From contig JBHLKY010000036.1 of the NCBI GenBank assembly GCA_048886185.1, positions 1 through 26,426 on the forward strand: 26,426 nt of DNA, in the 5' to 3' direction. Shown piece after piece: positions 8,708 to 17,500 of this stretch (its first letter is position 1; every line of letters begins with the position of its first letter). The notes under the pieces were generated by a model. That model was not told where the DNA came from, did not search any database, and saw nothing but the letters and a program-made list of their open reading frames with translations. Both the position numbers and the translations under genes were made by a program. Source of the stretch: Candidatus Hermodarchaeota archaeon. Lineage in GTDB: Archaea > Asgardarchaeota > Heimdallarchaeia > Hodarchaeales > Hodarchaeaceae.

Positions 8708-9289
8708 TCAAGTTCCTTGATTTTTGATCTGCTTTTCCATTATTAATTCTAAATATGATTTCCTTTCGTCTTCCCCTGACCAATTAGGAAAGATTTCCTT
8801 AACTAGTTGAATAATTCTTTCCTTATTTCTATTAATCTCCTCCGAAAGTCTTGAATTTATCATTGTCTCAATTTCCAAAAATGACCCTAGGCCTTCTACT
8901 ATATCAAATGAAATCAAGAGATTTTCTTGAATCCAATTTATTCTTCTCTTTTTAATCATACCAAAAACATTAAATCCCAGGTTTTGGAGAATATTCTTTA
9001 CTTTACTACTATTTGAAGCTTTAATAGTTATCTCCTCACGGATTTTCATGTTTTTCCCTTTTTTTGGGCCTTTATATGTGATTTCAATCCTTTCTTTACC
9101 TGTGGTAGTTTGAATTTGTCTTAATCGTAGAGCTTCATCAGTTTTCTGGAAATTATGGATCGGACTGTTAAAATATGTGTCAATGTGGGTTATTTCTTCT
9201 GAAGGATTACCAAATTTATTTCTAAGATGTAACATCATCTTATCGGAAGAGAGGTATTCCTTTAGAGGGATTTTTATTTCTATTTCCAT
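8708..9289 (-). CDS. cyaB: CYTH-family (class IV adenylate cyclase-like / triphosphate tunnel) enzyme
   Basis: N-terminal EIEIK, HIDTYFN, DEALRLR, ITYKGPK, REEI, IKKRR and FDIVEGLGSFLEIE, ending in SYLEL. Confidence 0.92.
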   Translation of the reverse strand: MEIEIKIPLKEYLSSDKMMLHLRNKFGNPSEEITHIDTYFNSPIHNFQKTDEALRLRQIQTTTGKERIEITYKGPKKGKNMKIREEITIKASNSSKVKNILQNLGFNVFGMIKKRRINWIQENLLISFDIVEGLGSFLEIETMINSRLSEEINRNKERIIQLVKEIFPNWSGEDERKSYLELIMEKQIKNQGT

Positions 9290-9417
9290 GGAATCGCAGC
9301 CACTTAAAACCTGAGTTTTATCTAAAATTTCTTTTTAATGAAAAAGTAGCAACATTTTTTAAACGACTTCATGCTAGGAATCCCATGATTAGAAATTAAT
9401 TTTTGAGGAGATACCTC

Positions 9418-10110
9418 ATGTCACCACCAAAGCAGTCTCTAGGAAAAAAAGACACAAAAATCGACATTGATGATCTTCCACGACCTCCTTCTGTATTTGA
9501 ACACCCTCCATCTTCGATCTCTTATCCCGCTGACCTTACCCCTCTCTCTTCACTTTCACATGACATCTTAACACGTCCTCCATTTCCTGAGGCTTCCAAA
9601 AAACCTTCTTCCCAAAAGGAAGAAGGATTTATTATTCAAGATAATATAACTAGTGATATACTCAATGAATTGCGTCAAGCTGACTTTGGATCCTTCCTTG
9701 AGACTATTTCAGAGGAAAAACGACCCAAGCTAACTGTTGATGAGATTGAAAAGCCTCGTTTTTTGGCCGCAAAAGATGCTTATTTGGCTGCAGGAAAGAA
9801 ACATTTAGAGCTTAATTTCAATGAAAATGCTGCTATGAACTTTTCGTGTGCTATCCTTAGTATGTATTTAGGGAAGGATGTTTTTGCTGCTACTCATTTA
9901 ATGGCTGACTTAGCATCAAAATCACCCTCTTCTATCATAAATACCTATTTCTTTCAAGGAGCAAAATTACTTTTAAAAGGTATTTTGCTTAAAAATCCTT
10001 CCTTCCTAGTTCAAGCAGAGAAGTGGTTAATGGAAGACACCAATCACTTGTATAAGGAGGATGTTGATCTTATTCGTAGAGCTTTGCGGCAATCAAAGTT
10101 GCAAATATAA
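9418..10110 (+). CDS. Hypothetical protein: Pro/Ser-rich disordered N-terminus plus TPR/alpha-SNAP-like helical C-terminal domain
   Basis: ATG at 9418 is preferred over the track's TTG at 9403 because GAGGAG lies at 9405-9410. The C-terminal half has small/aromatic helical-repeat periodicity (AAKDAYLAAGKKHLELNFNENAAMNFSCAILSMYL). Confidence 0.7.
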   Translation: MSPPKQSLGKKDTKIDIDDLPRPPSVFEHPPSSISYPADLTPLSSLSHDILTRPPFPEASKKPSSQKEEGFIIQDNITSDILNELRQADFGSFLETISEEKRPKLTVDEIEKPRFLAAKDAYLAAGKKHLELNFNENAAMNFSCAILSMYLGKDVFAATHLMADLASKSPSSIINTYFFQGAKLLLKGILLKNPSFLVQAEKWLMEDTNHLYKEDVDLIRRALRQSKLQI

Positions 10111-10128
10111 ATTACGTTTGTTTTTATC

Positions 10129-10728
10129 TCAACTAGTCATACTTTGAATTGTTGAGGGTCGTCCAAACAAAGATTTAATCTGATACATATCCATAGAAAT
10201 CTGTCTTCCCTCCTGGATCGCATCAGCTAACCAGTATATTCCTTTATGAATACCTTCACCTGTTTTGGCACTTGTCCTAAAAATATTGAGAATTCGACTC
10301 ATTTTTTTGTTAATTCCCATAAAATTTGCTAGATCTTCTTCATTAAGCACTGTTTTATTTTTCTCGAGAAGATCTACCTTGTTTGCAAAGATTGCCAATG
10401 GGATATCTTTCAGATGATTCATCTTCAACATACGCCATAAATTGCTCCTAGCTTCAGGATAACGAGCCGGATCACTTACATCGACTACATAAATTAGTCC
10501 AGCAGAATTTTTTGTGTACATCTCCCAAAGAGCTCTTCTGAATTGTAATTGCCCTCCAAGATCCCATGCTGAGAATGTAACATCACCAATCTGAATCGTT
10601 TCCGCGTTCATACCGATTGTAGGGGTAGTATCGGGTATCCAGCGACCAGTTTTCAATCTTTGAAGCATTGTAGTTTTGCCAGCTCTATCTAATCCTAGGA
10701 CGCTAATTTTAGCATTTTTTTTGGACAT
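10129..10728 (-). CDS. Arf/Sar1-like small GTPase (Asgard Arf-related type)
   Basis: G1 GLDRAGKTT, G2 TTPTIGMN, G3 WDLGGQ followed by FRRALWEMY, G4 NKVD and G5 TSAK; GLIYVVDVSD strand as in the Arf family. Confidence 0.95.
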   Translation of the reverse strand: MSKKNAKISVLGLDRAGKTTMLQRLKTGRWIPDTTPTIGMNAETIQIGDVTFSAWDLGGQLQFRRALWEMYTKNSAGLIYVVDVSDPARYPEARSNLWRMLKMNHLKDIPLAIFANKVDLLEKNKTVLNEEDLANFMGINKKMSRILNIFRTSAKTGEGIHKGIYWLADAIQEGRQISMDMYQIKSLFGRPSTIQSMTS

Positions 10729-10929
10729 TCTATTAATTTCCCAATGATTTTATTTTTAAGTGAAGACAATAACGCATAAACAAAAATACTTGTAATTTAA
10801 AAGATTAACGATTTCTTTGGTAATTGGTTGTTTAGTATAATAGAACAGATATGAAGCTCATTTATAGGTCTCCTAGAAATAGTTCCTGATTGTAAGAAGG
10901 GAAAAAATTTCAGTAAGGTGAAAAAGATA

Positions 10930-12126
10930 ATGGTAAAAACGGGGATCATTTGGTCAGACCAGTATACTGATTATAATTTGGGAGAAGGACATCCTATGAA
11001 CCCTAAACGATTACTTATTCCCTATCAGTTATTTAAAAGCCTAAATATATTTGAAATGCCAGACATTATAACATTCACACCTTCCCTTGCAACAGATTCA
11101 GATCTCCTTTTATTTCATTCACCATCTTATATTGAAGGAATGAAAGCTTTATCTAAAGCTGGGGGAGGAGCCCGCTTGCGATTGGGATTGGGAACAGGAG
11201 ATTGTCCTGTATTTCCAAGAATGCATGAAGCATCTCGTCTGGTAGTGGGAGGAGCACTTGAGGGTGTGAGACGAATTCAAAATGGAGATGTCCAGCAAGC
11301 TTTTGCAATCCTTGGGGGATTACATCATGCATTTGCAGAGCGCGCTTCAGGATTCTGTTATTACAATGACGTAGTTATTGCAATCAAATATCTTCAACAA
11401 AAGTATGGAATTGAGCGAGTACTTTATATCGACACGGATGTTCATCATGGAGATGGTGTCCTACAAGCATTCTATGAAGATCAAAGTGTCTTGGGGATTT
11501 CCTTACACGAATCTGGCCAATTCATTTTTCCTTCCACGGGACATCATGATGAAATCGGGAGAGGAGAAGGACTCGGTTATACAATTAATGTTCCTTTTTT
11601 TCCTGGGACATGGGATGAACTGTATATCATGACATTTGAGAATATCATACCTTGTATCTGGGAAGAATATGATCCAGAATTTGTTATTTGGCAGTGTGGC
11701 GCTGATGGTCATTATCTTGATTTTCTAGGTCATCTTGCTTTAACTACAAAATTGTATTCCTACCTCAGCAATAGAATAGCCGAATTAAGTAGACAGGGTA
11801 GTGCCCAGGGACGATTATTATTATTAGGAGGTGGTGGATATAATCCTGATTCCGTAGCTAGGGTTTGGTTGGCGAATTTGGCGGGTATAATAGGGTTTAC
11901 TCTACCAAATAAATCTCCTCCTGAATGGGTAGATTTCTGCCTACAAAAATTCAATTTAAAAGTAAGTTCCCATGTAGAAGATGCTCCACTTAATCCCAAA
12001 AAGCTCGATGGCTATCCTTTCATTGAGGATGAGATTTTAGAAGCGACCCAAGAATCTATACGTTTTCTAAAAACAGTTCTAAAGGATATTTCTGCATGGG
12101 AGAACTGTAGAAATTTCTTCCAATAA
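10930..12126 (+). CDS. Zn-dependent histone deacetylase family protein (AcuC / class I-like)
   Basis: GHPMNPKRL, DCPVF, GGLHHA, SGFCYYND, RVLYIDTDVHHGDGV, QCGAD and LGGGGY give a full catalytic set. Start is ATG at 10930 (GGTG SD upstream) or GTG at 10918. Confidence 0.95.
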   Translation: MVKTGIIWSDQYTDYNLGEGHPMNPKRLLIPYQLFKSLNIFEMPDIITFTPSLATDSDLLLFHSPSYIEGMKALSKAGGGARLRLGLGTGDCPVFPRMHEASRLVVGGALEGVRRIQNGDVQQAFAILGGLHHAFAERASGFCYYNDVVIAIKYLQQKYGIERVLYIDTDVHHGDGVLQAFYEDQSVLGISLHESGQFIFPSTGHHDEIGRGEGLGYTINVPFFPGTWDELYIMTFENIIPCIWEEYDPEFVIWQCGADGHYLDFLGHLALTTKLYSYLSNRIAELSRQGSAQGRLLLLGGGGYNPDSVARVWLANLAGIIGFTLPNKSPPEWVDFCLQKFNLKVSSHVEDAPLNPKKLDGYPFIEDEILEATQESIRFLKTVLKDISAWENCRNFFQ

Positions 12127-12320
12127 AGTCATGCAGTTATCGAAGGATGAAGTTTATTCTCAGAATGTATAAAATTCTAATGTCTTCTTATAAAAAAATC
12201 TGGAAATAATAACAAGGCATATTTAGAGGAGAATTAACTCAAGTAAACTAATTCAGATAATCTTCCAAATGCAAATCTCCACCCAATACTCCACAAAATT
12301 GGAGGAGGTTCCTATAAAAC

Positions 12321-13541
12321 ATGAATAACAAGAGATCCGAAGATATCATCCGAGATGCAGTTTTTTCTTCTTCTATTTTTAAAGAAGGAGGAGAAAAAAC
12401 GCTTAATCAAGCATATATTCCCGAAGAGCTAAAATTTAGAGAAGATGATATCCGAAGATTAAGTCAGAATTTTAGGTCTTTATTTCTAACTGAAAACAGA
12501 GGAATAGAAGGATTTTCCATCAATATTGCTCTTACTGGTCCTGCTGGCGTAGGTAAAACGGTAACAGCACGCTACACGGTTGATCATCTTCGAACAATGG
12601 CTGATCGCTATCATATTAAATTATACACAGACTACAAGAATTGCTGGACCACACGTACTAAAACATCCATTCTCAGGAGCTTTCTTCGCGATCAATTCGG
12701 GGTAGCGAGTCGTGGATTCAGCGATGAGGAATCCACCGATATTCTAATTAGACGATTAAACTCTGAACAAGCCTATTTAGTCTTGATATTAGATGAAGTA
12801 AGTGTTTTACCTCAAAAGGATGTTCGTGGCTTCATTCATCTCCCAGAAGAGTTTGGTGCTGAACATCGGATTTCTTTAATAATGATCAGTCGTCCTACTG
12901 AATGGAAGGTTACTCTCTCGTCTATGGTCTCACAACGGATTGCTGATGTGATACAATTTCAACCATATTCAATTGATGAAACCAAAATGATACTTGACTA
13001 TCGAGCATGTTTGGCTTTTAAAACGACGGCTCTATCGGAAGATATCCTAGAAATGGTTGCTGAAATTTCAGATCAAACGAAAAACTTACGCCATGGAATT
13101 GAAATACTATATCGTGCTGGGCGTGCTGCTGATCAACAAAGATTAGATGAGCTAACTCCAGAACTGATTAGACGTGCAAAGAACGACGTTTTTCCAGAAT
13201 TACGTGCTGATATTCTCGAGGAACTGAAGACACATGAGCTCTTTGCCGCTCTAAGTATCGCAAGAAGATTACACCATAAGGGGATAACAGCAACCACAAT
13301 AGAACATTCCTTCAAGAATTATCGAATAATATGTGAGGAATGGGGTGTACGGCCAAATGCTGAAGCTGCTTTCCGAAATTATCTAACAACTCTGGAGACT
13401 ATCGGGATTTTAGGAAAAGTGACAAAAGGGGTGAAGGGGCGAAAGGGAGTTCGTGCACGCCTTACCATTCATGACGTACCCGCTGCAGTTCTAATTGAGC
13501 GAATTGAAGTTTTTCTTTCCAAACGGTTCCAAAAATCTTGA
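12321..13541 (+). CDS. cdc6: Orc1/Cdc6 replication initiator
   Basis: YIPEELKFRE, Walker A GPAGVGKT, Walker B LILDEV, IQFQPYS...ILDYRA, NLRHGIEILYRAG, and a C-terminal winged helix (YLTTLETIGIL). Strong SD GGAGGAGG. Confidence 0.95.
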   Translation: MNNKRSEDIIRDAVFSSSIFKEGGEKTLNQAYIPEELKFREDDIRRLSQNFRSLFLTENRGIEGFSINIALTGPAGVGKTVTARYTVDHLRTMADRYHIKLYTDYKNCWTTRTKTSILRSFLRDQFGVASRGFSDEESTDILIRRLNSEQAYLVLILDEVSVLPQKDVRGFIHLPEEFGAEHRISLIMISRPTEWKVTLSSMVSQRIADVIQFQPYSIDETKMILDYRACLAFKTTALSEDILEMVAEISDQTKNLRHGIEILYRAGRAADQQRLDELTPELIRRAKNDVFPELRADILEELKTHELFAALSIARRLHHKGITATTIEHSFKNYRIICEEWGVRPNAEAAFRNYLTTLETIGILGKVTKGVKGRKGVRARLTIHDVPAAVLIERIEVFLSKRFQKS

Positions 13542-13923
13542 GTAATTCTTGATCCAATAGGATTTTTGAAATATTTTATGATATAGAATGGCGAGAATAT
13601 TCAATAAAATCCCCAGATGTGTTCATCATAACTATATTAGCGTATTGAGAAGAATTTTATTAATCTCGAGAAAAGAGTTTTCTATTCTATCTAAAAATAA
13701 CTATTAAATGCGATTTTAATTAATATAAGAGAAGAATTTCTTTTTTATAAGTGGAGAAATGACTTTTAACCTAATGATGAAGAAATATATTTGTAACTAA
13801 ATAAAAAATGCTGCCAGATAATGGGCAAATGGGCAAACAAAAAGAATAATCGCTAATAAACCACCATGTTTTTTATGAAACAGGCTGGAATATCCCAAAA
13901 TCTTTCAATAAGGAGTGATTATT

Positions 13924-14505
13924 ATGCCAGAAGTCTTTAAATCAAGAAGAAGCAAGGCTAAGCAGCTGGAAATGGCAAGAGAGCTGGAAAGAGTGCGATT
14001 CGAGCTTACAGAGAGCAATGTACCTGTGAAATTTCTCCAAGATTTTTCTGGTTTTTCCTTTGAAAGTGTGTCGATTCCAGCTTCTTCTAAAGGAGCTCAG
14101 ATTGAAGTTCCTTATTTCATTGCTGAAATTTTATGGAAAAAATCATTGATTGAAGACTTTCGAGCAAATTTTCCCATTACTTTACGGGATTTGGAAGGGG
14201 CTGTCCGTAAAGAAGTTCGAGTAGGTGAATTACAACCTCTTCATACCTATTTCAATATTCTACTAAAAGATCTTTTCCTATTAATGGAGGAAAAGGACTC
14301 ACAGTTCAGCGAATTAGAAGAGAAAAGACAAAAAACAAAATTTAATCAGTTGACTCATGAAAGGGTCTCAAAACTAGTTAAAATGACCGACAGTAGAACA
14401 GTACTTACTCAAAAGAAAAAGAACTTGACATCATCAGAACAAATTTTATTTGACAAAATAGTAGAATTAATTCAAGACTGGAAGGCTGAATTCATTCAAA
14501 AGTAA
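13924..14505 (+). CDS. gins23: GINS complex subunit, Gins23 (Psf2/Psf3-like, B-A domain order)
   Basis: N-terminal beta-rich B domain (VPVKFLQDF...IEVPYFIAEILWKKSLIE), then a helical A domain ending RVSKLVKM...KNLTSSEQILFDKI...W. Lies directly upstream of mcm. ATG at 13924 follows GGAGTGA. Confidence 0.85.
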   Translation: MPEVFKSRRSKAKQLEMARELERVRFELTESNVPVKFLQDFSGFSFESVSIPASSKGAQIEVPYFIAEILWKKSLIEDFRANFPITLRDLEGAVRKEVRVGELQPLHTYFNILLKDLFLLMEEKDSQFSELEEKRQKTKFNQLTHERVSKLVKMTDSRTVLTQKKKNLTSSEQILFDKIVELIQDWKAEFIQK

Positions 14506-14520
14506 GTTGAGGGGCTATAA

Positions 14521-17500
14521 ATGGGTTTTCCATTCGATTTAAAAGGTCGGTTCGAGTCATTCATTGAAGAATTCACAGATCAAGAGGGACAATTACATTA
14601 TCAAGAGAAGATTCGTGAGATGGAAACTACAGGGGCTCGAAGTTTATATATTTCATATAATGACTTACTTATTCAAGACCCAAAATTAGCCCAAGAGACA
14701 TTATTAAATCCTGAGTTAAGCATAATTGCGTGTGAAGAGGTACTCCGTTCAAAACTGGCTGAATTAAGCCCTGGATATTTTGAACGCCTCAAACAAGTTC
14801 ATGTGAGAATTAGAAACCTCTCTGAAAAACTTCTCTTACGTTCTTTAAAAACCGATCATTTAGAAATACTTACGAGTTTTGAAGGTATCGTCATCGGAGT
14901 CACAGAAACAAAACCTCTACTGATACGTGGTCATTTCAAATGTGCTTCATGTGGAGAGAATCAAAGCGTCGATTTTCCAGAGGGGATTTTTACTCCCCCT
15001 TATCAATGTCGAAATGAACATTGTCAAAGAAAAGGCTCCCTTCAAATCCAACTGGATAAGAGTGATTTTATCGATTGGCAAAAAATAACCTTGCAGGAGA
15101 AACCAGAGGAGCTCCCCCCAGGCCAATTACCCCAGAGTACATCTATCCATGTTCTGGATGACCTCGTAGATCTCGCAAGACCAGGAGATCGTGTAGAAGT
15201 AGTGGGAATCCTCAAAGCAAGGGCAACTCGTTTCTTGAAAAGAGGACAACTGGCTACTTATGGTAAATTTTTTCATGGGATTTCGATTACCAAAGAAACC
15301 AAGGAATATGTTGACATCGATATTAGTGAAGAAGACGAGCTAAAGATCATTGATCTCTCAAAATCACCATATATAATTGAGAAAATACGAGATTCGTTAG
15401 CTCCCTCAATTTATGGCCGTGATCTCGTAAAAGAGGCAATTGCATCATTATTATTTGGTGGAACAGCAAAGATAACCCCTGATGGACTGAAATTAAGGGG
15501 TGAATCAAACATTTTAGTCGTAGGTGACCCTGGGACAGGGAAATCCCAAATTCTCAAGTTTGTGGCACAACTAGCCCCACGAGCACTTTATACATCAGGA
15601 AAGGGGAGCACGGCAGCTGGATTATGTGTTTCTGGGGATAGTAACATTTTTCTTTCTGATAGAGCTACATCAATATCTGAATTTGTGATTAACGAATTTA
15701 AGAAAGGTGGAGTAGAGAGATATAATGAAAAAATAGAATACAAAAAGATCACATCTGATTACAGGACCTTTCATTCAAAAAATCTGAAAATAACAACAGA
15801 TCCAGTCTCACGAGTCTGGCGAATCAAATCACCTGAAAAACTATTCAGAATAAATACAAAAACAGGCAAAGAACTCGTATTAACTCCAGAGACTAATCTT
15901 CTTTCGATGAGTCATGAAGGATTAGTCTGGAAACCAGCGAATACTCTAAAGGAAAATGAAAGAGTAGCAACATCTCGTCATTTAGGAATAAAAGAAAGAA
16001 AAGAAGTACCTTCAGTTTATGAATTGATTGCTGATTACCCAAATGAAATAATTTTAACTAATGTTGATGAAATAGTAGCAGAATTACTTAGTAGAGTAAA
16101 GAAAGAATTCTCTATGACAAACAAAGTAATTACTGACCAACTCGGTGTCTCAGAAGATTCAATATATAGGTGGAAGAATAAGGAACGAATAGGAAACATT
16201 TCATTAAAACTTTTTGAAAACTTATGTAGATTAGCTAAAATTGATGTAGAAACACAATTGCCAGCGATAATGGAACTCGAAATCAAAAAAGGACAACGAT
16301 TAAAATTACCAAAAAACTTGGATCCGAACTGGTTTTATATCCTTGGATTGATTTTTGGAGACAAAAGAGTTTTAGTGGATAATCAGAAAGGTAGATATGG
16401 AGGAGTGTGTATAGGATTTTCCAATCGTGAAAAGAGTCTCCTAGATAAATTCGATAAATTCTGTGACAAAATCTCAATCAAGGTCAATAAAGGAAGAGAA
16501 ACTGAAGAAAGACCAACTGAATACAGAATATGGTCTAAGATACTTTTTCATATTTTCTCAAAATTTGGTTTAACACCCTCTCCAAAATCTAGCAATATTA
16601 ATCCCACAAAAGATTTGTTATATTATCCTGAAGAGTACTTACATAATTTCTTAAGAGGATTGTTTGATTCAGGTGGCTGGATATGCGTCCGTGAAAGTGA
16701 GTACTCTCAAATAGGAATTACTTCAACAAGTAAAGATCTAATTGATTTTATAAGATATGCACTATTAACACTTGGTATTATTACCTATACTCGTCAGAAA
16801 AAACCTAGAATCGCAATAAAGAAAACAGGAGAAAAAATAATCAGTCGTAAAGCGAAATATGAATTAATATTTAATTCTTATACTGATTTTAGAATTTTTG
16901 AGAGATTAATAGGCTTTAGGCACCCCAAAAAGAGTGAGATTCTTCAAAATTATTGTTCAATAAAAAGACAAGACCATAGAAATGTCGACAATATACCATC
17001 AGCGAGATTATTGCTTAAATCGATTGTTAAATTTTATGGTTATACAAGTAGGGAATTAATTGGTTATAAAGGAACACTTTCTCGTTCCCAGCATAATAAA
17101 GGAATGAATCGTTCACAATTAAAATCAATTCTTGAGAAAATAGATACTAATTGGATGCGTCATAAAGTTAGAATACCTTACGAAATGAGGTTTTTATTAT
17201 ATAAGGAGTTAGAGACGTTTTTTAACTCTTCTCAAACACAGATTGCTAAAGACAAGATTTATGAGTACTTTATAAGGAAAAATAGAAATCCTAGGATTCC
17301 TATTGGATTGATAATGCGAATAATAAATGAGAATGAAATTAGTCCTTCTAAGAAGATAAATGGATATCTTAAGACGCTTATTTCCTCCATTAAACAAAAA
17401 GAAGAAGGAATTAAGGAAAAATATGAATTTTTGAGGAAACTTTGTGATTCAGATATTTTGTGGGATGAAATAACTCAAGTAGAGGAAATTACTTCTCCAA

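Noticed and set aside
13878-13891. GAAACAGGCTGGAA as an ORB element
   Set aside because: The half-sites are in the reverse order relative to TTCCAGTGGAAAC, and there is no G-string.
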